Assembly: GCA_002104905.1 (NCBI GenBank)
Contig: MCFE01000001.1
Location: 124,001-188,000 of the forward strand
From: Basidiobolus meristosporus CBS 931.73
Taxonomy: Eukaryota; Fungi; Basidiobolomycota
DNA: 64,000 nt
Direction: 5' to 3'
Each line of letters starts with the position of its first letter. Within the stretch, counting starts at the first letter, position 1. Under the pieces are notes generated by a model. The model saw only the letters and a program-made list of their open reading frames with translations, made no database searches and was not told the DNA's origin. Shown one piece after another: positions 26,201-36,561 of the stretch. A program made the translations under genes and the position numbers.

Positions 26201-27640
26201 TTCAAAGTTGGCTTGGGGTATGATAATTGGGGAAATGGTGTCTTGGAAGTCCCTGATTTGTAAAGTCAAGGGTTCAGTCCTGCTGTTCACTATAATTGAT
26301 TCCTTGGTGGCACAGAGGATGTGAATTGGGGGGCAAGGGATTGTTTGTAGCTTCATCTGATCAGCTACATCTTTTGAAATGTAGACATCAGTTGCTCCAC
26401 TGTCAATGAGTACAGAGACACATTGGTTGTTGTTGAGAATCCCTGGGAGTTTCAGCATCTTTGGGGTAGTATATAAGCTCTGAGTCCTCTGATACTCCTT
26501 AACAAGGCTGATTGTGTGCTCCTCCTCCTTAGTGGAGAGTTGGAATACTCTTTGTAATGGCCTCTTTGGGCATTCATTGACTTTATGACCCTGTTCCTTG
26601 CAGTAAAAGCATAGTCCAAGCTTGAAGCATTCCTCTTTAGAAGGTCTTGGTGTGCTCTGCATAACATCTAGGTCCATAGGCTCCAGTGTGTGGGGGTAGT
26701 GTGCACCTTGTTCAGTGATTGGTTGACTACCAATAGGTATGTGGTTATTGGCTTTGAGGCCTGTAGTAGTTCTTGAGTGACCAATTCTGTGGTTGACAGC
26801 CCTTCTGAAGTGTATGGCATCATATCTTTCTGCCAGTTCCATAGCCTCTACTAGGGTTTTGGGGTCTTTGTATTCAATTTCCCATCTAGTGTTGGATTTC
26901 AGGCCTCTTAGGTATTGCTCAAGTAGTTCAGTATCAGGCATGTTTTGAATTTCCATACTAAGCAAGTTAAACTGCTCATTGTACTCTTGAACAGACTTGG
27001 CTTGAAAGAGTTTGGACAGTTTTTCTCTTGCCATTCTATCAGCATTGATAGGTGTAAACCTCTTTCTCAATGCTTTAACAAAGTCAGCCCAGGAGGCTAT
27101 GGGTGGAAAGATGCCCCTATTCATTCCTTGAATGTGAAGTTTCCACCACATGGTTGCTTCCTTTCTGAAAAGTGAACAGGCATAATGTACTTTGACTTCT
27201 TCAGAGTCATCTGAGAAGTATAGGTACTGCTCTACTTCAAATATCCAAGTCTCTAGAGTGGCAGTGTGTCTTTTGCCTTCAAAGATGTTGGGTTTCTGAA
27301 GTTTCAGATTTGTTGCTCTATATTGTTTTGTGAAGTCCAGAGAGCCTTGCCCATCTTCTCCAAGATTCAAGGAATTGGGAGGCACCGCAGGTCTTACAGA
27401 TGAGGCTTCACCCTCTCTCTGTATACCTTGACCAGTAAACCATGATCTCTGGGTGTTCACAAAATGTAAAGAGTCCAAGTCTGTCTGCCTACCCATTCTT
27501 GGGTCCAGACTAGGGAGGGCCGCAGGCTCAGTTGTGTGGGACTGTCCTTGACCGGCTAACTCAGCAACTTGTTGTTCAAGACTCTCAATATAGGCCAACA
27601 TTTCTTCTGAAGAGCTAAATTTTGGCCTTTCTTCACTCAT
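23291..27640 (-). CDS. Gag-Pol polyprotein (1449 aa): gag, CCHC knuckle, aspartic protease, RT, RNase H, integrase; no chromodomain
   Basis: [14 protein letters not shown]; LIDSGA; LVYLDDILI; YTDASD; HKAFGH...CPEC; WGIDF, ILSDRG and NGVTERFN. Confidence 0.97.
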   Translation of the reverse strand: MSEERPKFSSSEEMLAYIESLEQQVAELAGQGQSHTTEPAALPSLDPRMGRQTDLDSLHFVNTQRSWFTGQGIQREGEASSVRPAVPPNSLNLGEDGQGSLDFTKQYRATNLKLQKPNIFEGKRHTATLETWIFEVEQYLYFSDDSEEVKVHYACSLFRKEATMWWKLHIQGMNRGIFPPIASWADFVKALRKRFTPINADRMAREKLSKLFQAKSVQEYNEQFNLLSMEIQNMPDTELLEQYLRGLKSNTRWEIEYKDPKTLVEAMELAERYDAIHFRRAVNHRIGHSRTTTGLKANNHIPIGSQPITEQGAHYPHTLEPMDLDVMQSTPRPSKEECFKLGLCFYCKEQGHKVNECPKRPLQRVFQLSTKEEEHTISLVKEYQRTQSLYTTPKMLKLPGILNNNQCVSVLIDSGATDVYISKDVADQMKLQTIPCPPIHILCATKESIIVNSRTEPLTLQIRDFQDTISPIIIPQANFEINVGQTWLRKHNPDINWQTQEVVINKDDAKYHLSPKPTLDKGNAPEHTISKKQFAHSIRQNPKLLHMIAFAKIQETTEVTNDRLKTLLAEFQEVFPKEIPALPPSREIDHAIEVTDDKPRNRAPYKFSPKEMETLKETLKDYLAKGWIKPSKSPWGAPVLFAPKKDGKLRFCVDYRALNAITVRNSYPLPRIDALFDQLGKAKIFSKIDLASGYHQIRIKPEDTSKTAFNTRYGHYEFVVMSFGLTNAPATFQTLMNSILEPYLEKFVLVYLDDILIYSTSMDDHMKHLKTVLAILKKHKLYAQLPKCEFLTRSVEYLGHIISDKGLHMDPAKIDAIQKWEAPKSLTEMRSFLGLASYYRRFIRDFATIAAPLTDLTKKEKDYIWTPNCETAFLTLKEKLCQTPVLQLPDFSEPFCVYTDASDLAVGGVLTQKEHPVAYESKKLSVTEQNYPVHEKELYAILHCLRVWRCYLEGKHFVVYTDHASLRYIHTQKLLSRRITRWIEELQQFDFKIHYLPGPKNTVADALSRQHISMVDHELDWPEYMPEYLASQTMPEDLSQEVRVKIKKEAENFSYGEDEVLYRHMEEIGPVPYIPFVYRGDMIIKNHKAFGHLGIQGTYEITKRRAWWPKLKQFIAETLKTCPECQLARPYNKEHAPLEPLTPVPAFYRWGIDFIGILPETSRGNKWIITAIDHTTKWCIAKAMPAATAKNVAKFLYLEIFMQFGCPGEILSDRGANFLEQTLKEYLQIMGVRHLKTSAYHPRTNGVTERFNGLFGKMLTTYVKGAKHKWDEFVHQALFACRIRVHSATQKSPFYLVYGTHPRIPGDTLPPYIWDLKNQKDLAEFRTRELEELGHARHDAIKNLKRQAEKMKEQYNKTVVTKPLTLGKLVLVRNESRLKLEPHWVGPFIITREMPFNTFQLADMSGKVKEDLVHRDRLKEAQLKNPMTPPTKYWYYKSDRQDSSGEEPL

Positions 27641-28024
27641 TTTGTTTTTGGGTATTGTTTGATTTGCGGTAGGCGGGTGTGTTTACCAAGGGGGCTGGTT
27701 CTCTGGCAGAATTGACTGGGTACTGTTTTTTTTTTTTTTTTGAGTGAAACGGAGGGTTTCTCTGGGAGTGGAGGTCTCGGCAGGTACGAGGTATCTCTGG
27801 ACAATTGGAAGATATCTGGGAGATCGAGTTTCTGGGAGATCGGAGAGTTTCTGGAGATCGGAAGAGTTTCTGAGAGATTGGAAAAGTTTCTGGGAGATCG
27901 GAAGAGTTTCTGAGAGATGGAAAGTTTCTGGGAGATCGGAAGAGTTTCTGAGAGATTGGAAAAGTTTCTGGGAGGTACGGAGGTTTTTGTTTTTTTTTGG
28001 AGATCGGAGGTTCGCTGCTACCAA

Positions 28025-28334
28025 TGTTATGAATCGAGGGCAAGCGGAGGAGGACCGGAGGATGTCCAATACGGATCAGAGAGGTTATCTGAATAGTTGA
28101 TGAACCGGTAAAAGGTTGATGCTTTATTGATAGTGTTCAAAGGCGTTTATATAGAGATAGCCTCGGAGGGAGAGCTTCCGATAACGTAGGGCAAGCTTCC
28201 AAAAGGAGGGTTCAAGATGTATTAAATAACGTGTGTATCACTGAGTGCGATTGATTGTCTGTGTGCAATTCCAGGTGTTCGATCAGTAGTGTTCAAGTGA
28301 TCGGTAGTGACTAGTTAGGATTTAAATCATAACA
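28025..28334 (-). repeat. 5' LTR of the intact gypsy element
   Basis: Adjacent to the PBS; four substitutions relative to the 3' LTR. Confidence 0.95.
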
Positions 28335-28630
28335 TTACATCCATCTCATATTTTTCTTACGACTAGAAAGGTTCGCAAACCTAGAGTGTTCATGTCACTC
28401 GATACTAATTTTTTTGTGATTAAAAGAACTTCCAAATTCGTCAATTTTCAGTGGTCGTTAATTATTGCCAAATAGCTTGTAACAAAAGGAAACACAAAGC
28501 TACCAACGATGCCAGATTGTGCTTGTATGAGAACACACGCTATCTAGTAATGCACTTTCAAAATGTGGTTCATTTGCACCTTGAATGCAAGTCTGTGGGC
28601 TGTACTGATCTGACAACCACTAAAATAAAA

Positions 28631-28701
28631 TGCCATTGCTCGGAATCGAACCGAGGTCGACGCGGCCACAACGCGATGTACTGCCACTATACTACAATGG
28701 C
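28631..28701 (-). tRNA. tRNA-His(GTG)
   Basis: GCCATTG...CGCG TT GTG GC CGCG...CAATGGC A. Confidence 0.92.
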
Positions 28702-28881
28702 GAATTCAGTATTTGACCCATTACCTGACTTCATGTTATGTTCACTGATTATACCTTGCGACTAGCTACCCATCTGCATTGGTAGGTTCAATGTGAAGAT
28801 GGGTACATGATACAGTGAGCATTCTGAATGGAGTAAAGTCTTGTGGGAATATAGAGTTTTGCTTGCTTTCTAACAATAACT

Positions 28882-28953
28882 TCCTCATTGGTCCAGTGGT
28901 TAGGATTTCTCGCTTTCACCGAGACGGCCGGGGTTCGATTCCCCGATGGGGAA
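28882..28953 (+). tRNA. tRNA-Glu(TTC)
   Basis: TCCTCAT...TCTCG CT TTC AC CGAGA...ATGGGGA A. Confidence 0.95.
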
Positions 28954-29153
28954 ATACTTTTGTCCTATGTTTTTATTAGTGGTTGGGATGATATGCAGGA
29001 AAGCCGCAAGCTCAAGGGCCCCGTGTAGAGAATACCAAAATGATCAAGGCCATCCTTACGTGAAGCATACACACAAAAAGTGATCGATCTTTTTTCATAT
29101 ATGGGGACTGGCCAAGGTCCTACTGATACAACACCCACCAAAACAAAAATCAG

Positions 29154-29225
29154 TGAGGAGTGCGTGATTTGAACACGCAACCTTTCGCTCTGGAGGCGAA
29201 CGCGCTACCGTTGCGCCAACCCCCC
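29154..29225 (-). tRNA. tRNA-Trp(CCA)
   Basis: GGGGGGT...TTCGC CT CCA GA GCGAA...ACTCCTC A. Confidence 0.95.
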
Positions 29226-29369
29226 ACTTACATTTGTTACGTAGTTAACTACCTACATAAAACCCCATTTTACAACATGTACTCTCCCTCATAAGACTTG
29301 GTACTTCGTTGCAAATTTTAAAATTTTCTTGATGACCATATATAGCAAGTTGAGTTATCCATCAACGAA

Positions 29370-29443
29370 GTCTTCGTGGTGTAGTTGGTTATCACGTCTG
29401 TCTAACACACAGACGGTCCTCGGTTCGAATCCGAGCGAAGACA
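29370..29443 (+). tRNA. tRNA-Val(AAC), copy 2
   Basis: Identical to 19670-19743; flanks differ. Confidence 0.95.
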
Positions 29444-29660
29444 TCATTTTTCCCTCTGCTGCATAATCTTTTGCAAATACTTGCTCTTTGTGCCCTCCAT
29501 AACACATCGCATTTACTCTATATCACTACCTATGGAAGATACTATACTCACCCGCCCCGAATCTGTTCTTCCACCTGAACAAAGCAAAGGCCCCTCCTCT
29601 TCGCCGAAGCTCAAAGGTTTAGATGTCCAGCAGAGAGCAATAATACGGTATTCCCACACA

Positions 29661-29733
29661 GGGGGTCTAGCTCAGATGGTAGAGCGCTCGCTTAGCATGC
29701 GAGAGGCACTGGGATCGATACCCAGGTCCTCCA
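29661..29733 (+). tRNA. tRNA-Ala(AGC), copy 2
   Basis: Identical to 21184-21256. Confidence 0.93.
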
Positions 29734-29954
29734 GTATCGATTATACGGTATTCGTTTTGCTTGGAATCTGTACTGCCAATACACCTTTGAAGAAGCAGCA
29801 TGGAAGCGTACTGCAAACAGGTGTGATATCTATTTTAGATATTTCGCGTAAGAGCATCACTAGGACAAAGGCCTAAATGCTGCTTTCCTCTATTGTTCGG
29901 TGTGCATATTTCAATTCCAAAAGGTATATGGCTAAGAGGTGCAAAAAGCAAAAA

Positions 29955-30027
29955 CACCCAACGTGGGGGTCGAACCCACAACCTTGAGATTAAGAGTCTC
30001 ACGCTCTACCGATTGAGCTAGCCGGGC
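29955..30027 (-). tRNA. tRNA-Lys(CTT), copy 2
   Basis: Identical to 21598-21670. Confidence 0.95.
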
Positions 30028-30213
30028 ATGTTACACTTCAGTTACCGTGTGTTATGTTATAACATCGCAGATCCTGAGAAAGACAAAGTAGATGATCGAA
30101 TACATCTCTAAAAAATGCAAGAGCCAGTATACTGCTATCACTACTGTCACTTGATAACTCGATGGGTTGCCTGTCTAATCCTATGATAACACGGATCAAA
30201 ACTATCCTAAAAA

Positions 30214-30286
30214 TGCCGTCTCTGCGGATTGAACGCAGGACCTTCAGAACTTCAGTCTGACGCTCTCCCAACTGAGCTAAGACGGC
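30214..30286 (-). tRNA. tRNA-Phe(GAA)
   Basis: GCCGTCT...TCAGA CT GAA GT TCTGA...AGACGGC A. Confidence 0.95.
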
Positions 30287-30708
30287 TAGTTGCTCTTACT
30301 ATAGGGTAAAGACTTATCTGTCTCAAGCCCAAAATACATTTGAAACACGGGACGCGTGTGTAATCGACAGACCATAATGTATACATTGCAATATCAACAC
30401 CTTGCTAGCACCATTATATCCAAGGCGCAAATCCTGTAACCTGAGGTTTACTCAAGCCGGTAGATCTGTCGAGTCACATTTGAGCAGATGAGCTTTCTAG
30501 CCGAAGCACAATAGAGTAGCAAAAACGGATTGCATTTAATATCTAGCAGATAGGATACATGACAACGCCAGCGCACTAGTTGATCTCAAACCCGTAGCCC
30601 GGATTTTTGATAAAGATGCTGGGAAAATTACCGAGCCCGGCTGCTTCCATTGTGTGAATAAACGAGCCAAATGGATAATAGAGTATTGGCCTACTTCCGA
30701 ACAGAAAT

Positions 30709-30791
30709 GGAGAGATGGCCGAGTTGGTCTAAGGCGTCACGTTAAGGCCGTGATCTCTTCGGAGGCGTGGGTTCGAATCCCACTCTCTTCA
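30709..30791 (+). tRNA. tRNA-Leu(AAG), copy 2
   Basis: Identical to 22559-22641. Confidence 0.95.
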
Positions 30792-30964
30792 TTACTTTTT
30801 GCTCTCAACCAAATGGATACCATTTTATAAACTTGCTTGTTGTATGTATGAGGCCACTGGGAATTCACATAATCTCTCTAAAAAATCTTTTCATCGTAGT
30901 AACCAGCAATGAACCATGCCCAGAAAAGAATGTTACGCATAAACGATGCAATCGCAAAAAGATA

Positions 30965-31037
30965 TGCCTTCTGCCGGAATCGAACCAGCGACCTTCTGCT
31001 TACTAGGCAGACGCTCTGCCAACTGAGCCAAGGAGGC
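30965..31037 (-). tRNA. tRNA-Thr(AGT), copy 2
   Basis: Identical to 22886-22958. Confidence 0.95.
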
Positions 31038-31742
31038 AATACATTTGGCAGTGATGTCCTTTCCAAGATCACTCTTTGTCTTTTGAGCAAGAGACAATCT
31101 TCAACTCTGAATATAACTGCTTTTCTTTGTAGTGGTCTTTCAGCTAGTAAATATGCTATTTCAATCTTCTACGCATTATGTTACCCATCTTCATATTGTA
31201 CGTAGATGGACACAAAGTTCTATGTGTGCATACTGCTACGATACCATTTCTATTCTAGATAGCAGTGCATCGATGGTTAGGAAATCACTCTTGTTAATGC
31301 GTCTAGCTGTGACAACTAACCCATGGGTTCGAAGCTGGCATAAGCACTTTGTCAGCATAAGCAATGTGGCACATACCTGGGCCGTTATGAAAAAATTATC
31401 TATACTCAGTTTTGCAAAAGTTTGCGCGTGACCGAGTAAAAATGTTTATTCACTTTTATTAACCCTAAACTTGTTTGCCCAGGATGTGCTCAACGTTACC
31501 AAGAATTAAGTATTCATGAAGGATTGAGATGCACACCCTACAATCCAGAGGCTAAAGGCATTCATCCCTGTGTCTAGATTTAGTGTTTACACATCTTCGA
31601 GGAGAAACACACTCCCTAGGGTTAGGGAGAAGATTGTGTACGGTGCAAAAGTGACCCTTGTCACAGTTGAGAGGAGAAGCAGAAAACAGAGATGCGGTTT
31701 TTTGAGTGAAAGCAGCCATAATTAGACAAAATGCGAGCAAAA

Positions 31743-31813
31743 TGCATACTCGGGGAATCGAACCCCGGTCTACCGCGTGGCAGGCGGTAATTATACCACT
31801 AAACCAAGTATGC
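31743..31813 (-). tRNA. tRNA-Gly(GCC)
   Basis: GCATACT...ACCGC CT GCC AC GCGGT...AGTATGC A. Confidence 0.95.
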
Positions 31814-32166
31814 ACTTGATAAAGGGAGCAACGCAATAATCAGAGATGTAACGTAATAGATTTATTCCCAAGCCCCTTCTCCCCTTGAGATTGATCATCC
31901 CAGATGACCGGATCACTCTAATAACGAAATAAGTATAGGCATTACCTTACCACGTAATGTAATGTACCATTGGCAATTGAGCAAGACAGAAAAGAGTACA
32001 GGCAGTAGCGTATCACATGTGACTCTATTGTGTAGCTACGGTGAGCTTTGCATGACTGCCGCAAATACACCTCCAAAGTATAACAACTATACTTGGCCGA
32101 ATGAAATACAACAGTTCAGTTACATGTCCATCCATGGACGCATAAATCTTCCCTGGTTCAAGAATA

Positions 32167-32238
32167 TCCGCATTGGTCCAGTGGTCAGGATCTCTCGCTC
32201 TCACCGAGAAGGCCGGGGTTCGATTCCCCGATGCGGAA
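32167..32238 (+). tRNA. tRNA-Glu(CTC)
   Basis: TCCGCAT...TCTCG CT CTC AC CGAGA...ATGCGGA A. Confidence 0.95.
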
Positions 32239-32410
32239 GTTCACATTCAGTAACTTTTTGTAAGTTGGTGTAGTACGAGTGACTCGAGATGAAATTATTT
32301 TGTGATCACAAGAGAGGATCAGCGACAAACTATAGATCTTTCTTGTTGCTAGCACATGTTTAGATGTATGTACAATTGTTAATGATCCGACCTCCAATAT
32401 GACTGTACAT

Positions 32411-32483
32411 GGGCGTATGGCCAAATGGATAAGGCGCCTGACTACGGATCAGGAGATTCCAGGTTCGATCCCTGGTATGCTCG
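32411..32483 (+). tRNA. tRNA-Arg(ACG)
   Basis: GGGCGTA...CCTGA CT ACG GA TCAGG...TATGCTC G. Confidence 0.95.
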
Positions 32484-32751
32484 TACAACAATTTTTTATG
32501 TTCCATGTTACTCGGAATACTAATACTCAAACTTACTTTTGTAAGTTTCATGGCATGATAAGCTCTAGACATGATGGCTGCAATCAGTGCATATCCTCTG
32601 CAATACAATAGTTTATTTGATTATTCACTCGATAGCATTGTGATGTCTACTAGCTGTTATGTTCTTTCATAAAAAGGCCATTGCCCACACCATCACGTAT
32701 CATCAAACCCAACCTTCAATTAATCCCATCATCCAAATAGCCAAAAGAAAA

Positions 32752-32823
32752 CTCTCAGACCGGGAATTGAACCCGGGTCTCCCGCGTGACAGGCGGGGAT
32801 ACTTACCACTATACTATCTGAGA
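32752..32823 (-). tRNA. tRNA-Asp(GTC)
   Basis: TCTCAGA...CCCGC CT GTC AC GCGGG...TCTGAGA G. Confidence 0.95.
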
Positions 32824-33270
32824 AGATATCTATCAAGTGAAATATTTAATTTATAACGCACACTATTTAATACTTGGTAAAGCATATTAGGGAGGCTATC
32901 GGGCTGGCAAAAACAATTTGAACAATTAGCCTACGTATGAAAATACATTTTCCCCTCTCCCACCCATCTATGATGTGTGTCAATTTCCCCCAGCTGCACA
33001 GTGTATATCTTCTGACTCAGTAAAAACATACACACGATATTTACTACACAATAAAATGGGTATATTGCTGCAACGTTGTTGGCCTTTGATTGTACATTGA
33101 TTAGATTGAATTCAATAAAAATCACAATTTCTACTTTGAGCACTGATTGACAAATAAGCGCTAAAATGGATTTACTCATGAATAAAGTACCATACAAGTG
33201 ACCATCCGACTTCCATTCAACACCCTGCCCCCTACTCCAACTAAATACTGCACACAGAAAAAGGTAAAAA

Positions 33271-33344
33271 TGCTCACAGCAGGGGTCGAACCTGCGACCT
33301 TGGCGTTATTAGCACCACGCTCTAACCAACTGAGCTATGCGAGC
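33271..33344 (-). tRNA. tRNA-Ile(AAT)
   Basis: GCTCGCA...TGGTG CT AAT AA CGCCA...TGTGAGC A, followed by TTTTT. Confidence 0.95.
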
Positions 33345-33349
33345 ATATA

Positions 33350-33431
33350 CGACAACAGCAGGATTTGAACCTGCGCGGGCAGAGCCCATATGATTTCTAG
33401 TCATACGCCTTAACCACTCGGCCATATTGTC
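33350..33431 (-). tRNA. tRNA-Ser(AGA)
   Basis: GACAATA...TATGA CT AGA AA TCATA, long variable arm, TGTTGTC G. Confidence 0.95.
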
Positions 33432-33442
33432 TGATATATCAA

Positions 33443-36400
33443 TGTTATGATTTAAATCCTAACTAGTCACTACCGATCACTTGAACACTACTGATCGAAC
33501 ACCTGGAATTCCACACAGACGATCAATCGCACTCAGTGATACACACGTTATTTAATACATCTTGAACCCTCCTTTTGGAAGCTTGCCCTACGTTATCGGA
33601 AGCTCTCCCTCCGAGGCTATCTCTATATAAACTCCTTTGAACACTATCAATAAAGCATCAACCTTTTACCGGTTCATCAACTATTCAGATAACCTCTCTG
33701 ATTCGTATTGGACATCCTCCGGTCCTCCTCCGCTTGCCCTCGATTCATAACATTGGTAGCAGCGAACCTCCGATCTCCAAAAAACAAAAACCTCCGTACC
33801 TCCCAGAAACTTTTCCAATCTCTCAGAAACTCTTCCGATCTCCCAGAAACTTTTCCAATCTCTCAGAAACTCTTCCGATCTCCCAGAAACTTTTCCAATC
33901 TCTCAGAAACTCTTCCGATCTCCCAGAAACTCTTCCGATCTCCCAGAAACTCTTCCGATCTCCCAGATATTCTTCCAATTGTCCAGAGATACCCTCCGTA
34001 CCTGCCCGAGACCCTCCCAACCTCCCAGAGAAACCCTCCGTTTCACTCAAAAAAAGAAAAAAAACAGTACCCAGTCAATTCTGCCAGAGAACCAGCCCCC
34101 TTGGTAAACACACCCGCCTACCGCAAATCAAACAATACCCAAAAACAAAATGAGTGAAGAAAAGCCAAAATTTAGCTCTTCAGAAGAAATGTTGGCCTAT
34201 ATTGAGAGTCTTGAACAACAAGTTGCTGAGTTAGCCGGTCAAGGACAGTCCCACACAACTGAGCCTGCGGCCCTCCCTAGTCTGGACCCAAGAATGGGTA
34301 GGCAGACAGACTTGGACTCTTTACATTTTGTGAACACCCAGAGATCATGGTTTACTGGTCAAGGTATACAGAGAGAGGGTGAAGCCTCATCTGTAAGACC
34401 TGCGGTGCCTCCCAATTCCTTGAATCTTGGAGAAGATGGGCAAGGCTCTCTGGACTTCACAAAACAATATAGAGCAACAAATCTGAAACTTCAGAAACCC
34501 AACATCTTTGAAGGCAAAAGACACACTGCCACTCTAGAGACTTGGATATTTGAAGTAGAGCAGTACCTATACTTCTCAGATGACTCTGAAGAAGTCAAAG
34601 TACATTATGCCTGTTCACTTTTCAGAAAGGAAGCAACCATGTGGTGGAAACTTCACATTCAAGGAATGAATAGGGGCATCTTTCCACCCATAGCCTCCTG
34701 GGCTGACTTTGTTAAAGCATTGAGAAAGAGGTTTACACCTATCAATGCTGATAGAATGGCAAGAGAAAAACTGTCCAAACTCTTTCAAGCCAAGTCTGTT
34801 CAAGAGTACAATGAGCAGTTTAACTTGCTTAGTATGGAAATTCAAAACATGCCTGATACTGAACTACTTGAGCAATACCTAAGAGGCCTGAAATCCAACA
34901 CTAGATGGGAAATTGAATACAAAGACCCCAAAACCCTAGTAGAGGCTATGGAACTGGCAGAAAGATATGATGCCATACACTTCAGAAGGGCTGTCAACCA
35001 CAGAATTGGTCACTCAAGAACTACTACAGGCCTCAAAGCCAATAACCACATACCTATTGGTAGTCAACCAATCACTGAACAAGGTGCACACTACCCCCAC
35101 ACACTGGAGCCTATGGACCTAGATGTTATGCAGAGCACACCAAGACCTTCTAAAGAGGAATGCTTCAAGCTTGGACTATGCTTTTACTGCAAGGAACAGG
35201 GTCATAAAGTCAATGAATGCCCAAAGAGGCCATTACAAAGAGTATTCCAACTCTCCACTAAGGAGGAGGAGCACACAATCAGCCTTGTTAAGGAGTATCA
35301 GAGGACTCAGAGCTTATATACTACCCCAAAGATGCTGAAACTCCCAGGGATTCTCAACAACAACCAATGTGTCTCTGTACTCATTGACAGTGGAGCAACT
35401 GATGTCTACATTTCAAAAGATGTAGCTGATCAGATGAAGCTACAAACAATCCCTTGCCCCCCAATTCACATCCTCTGTGCCACCAAGGAATCAATTATAG
35501 TGAACAGCAGGACTGAACCCTTGACTTTACAAATCAGGGACTTCCAAGACACCATTTCCCCAATTATCATACCCCAAGCCAACTTTGAAATCAATGTGGG
35601 ACAAACTTGGCTAAGAAAGCACAATCCTGACATAAACTGGCAGACTCAGGAAGTTGTAATCAACAAGGATGATGCAAAATATCATCTGTCACCCAAACCA
35701 ACCCTGGACAAAGGCAATGCACCAGAACACACCATATCAAAGAAACAGTTTGCCCACTCTATCAGACAGAATCCCAAACTGTTGCACATGATAGCCTTTG
35801 CCAAAATCCAAGAGACCACAGAAGTGACAAATGACAGGCTCAAGACCTTGTTAGCAGAGTTTCAAGAGGTTTTTCCCAAGGAAATCCCTGCACTACCCCC
35901 AAGCAGAGAGATTGACCATGCCATAGAAGTAACAGATGATAAACCAAGAAACAGAGCCCCATATAAGTTCTCCCCAAAGGAAATGGAGACTTTGAAGGAA
36001 ACATTGAAGGACTACCTGGCTAAAGGCTGGATAAAACCCAGTAAATCACCATGGGGAGCTCCAGTACTCTTTGCTCCAAAGAAGGATGGGAAGCTACGGT
36101 TCTGTGTGGACTACAGGGCCCTAAATGCAATCACTGTCAGAAATTCCTACCCATTACCAAGAATTGATGCCCTCTTTGACCAACTGGGGAAGGCAAAGAT
36201 ATTCTCTAAAATAGACCTGGCATCTGGATATCACCAAATCAGAATTAAGCCTGAAGACACCTCTAAGACAGCATTCAACACAAGATATGGTCATTATGAG
36301 TTTGTTGTGATGAGCTTTGGCCTGACTAATGCCCCAGCAACATTTCAGACACTCATGAATAGCATCCTGGAACCATATTTAGAGAAATTTGTCCTGGTCT

Positions 36401-36551
36401 ACTTAGATGACATTCTGATCTATAGTACCAGCATGGATGACCACATGAAGCACTTGAAGACAGTACTGGCTATACTAAAAAAGCACAAGCTATATGCACA
36501 ACTTCCTAAGTGTGATTCCTCACCAGATCAGTTGAATACCTTGGTCACATA
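33443..36551 (+). mobile_element. 5' half of Ty3/gypsy element (LTR 33443-33752, PBS 33754-33764, gag-PR-partial RT from 34150); left arm of palindrome
   Basis: Same family as 22970-28334; truncated just after the YLDD region of RT. Confidence 0.93.
33801..33980 (+). repeat. 20-bp tandem repeat (TCyCAGAAACTyTTCCrATC, 8 units plus 1 degenerate) in the gypsy leader; mirrored near 39210-39390, related array near 27810-27975
   Basis: Read directly from the sequence. Confidence 0.9.
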
Positions 36552-36561
36552 TTGATCTCAT

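Larger units (their letters stand above)
22970..28334 (-). mobile_element. Intact full-length Ty3/gypsy LTR retrotransposon (5.36 kb)
   Basis: 310-bp LTRs 22970-23279 and 28025-28334 (TGTTATGA...TCATAACA); PBS TGGTAGCAGCG (initiator-Met type); PPT AAGTGTGGGAGTA; single gag-pol ORF. Confidence 0.97.

Noticed and set aside
29793-29825. AGCAGCATGGAAGCGTACTG resembling the 5' end of initiator tRNA-Met
   Set aside because: There is no anticodon arm, T arm or acceptor partner, and the match is too short.
30214-30286. Phe(GAA) as an anticodon-shifted paralogue of the positionally equivalent Tyr(GTA)
   Set aside because: The bodies differ widely and each has its own canonical identity elements (C1:G72 and an intron for Tyr; G1:C72 for Phe).
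30400-30640. Possible U4/U5-like snRNA (TGAGGTTTA motif; GATTTTTGA Sm-like site)
   Set aside because: I found no U6-pairing segments or U5 loop 1; an Infernal/Rfam scan would be needed.
33801-33980. CRISPR-like appearance of the 20-bp repeats
   Set aside because: There are no unique spacers or cas genes, and the context is a eukaryotic retrotransposon.
33708-34157. Leader ORFs upstream of gag, one with a stop overlapping the gag start (ATGA)
   Set aside because: The starts are TTG, the translation is just the 20-bp repeat, and the frame is not conserved in the 27.6-kb copy, so there is no support for stop-start translation.
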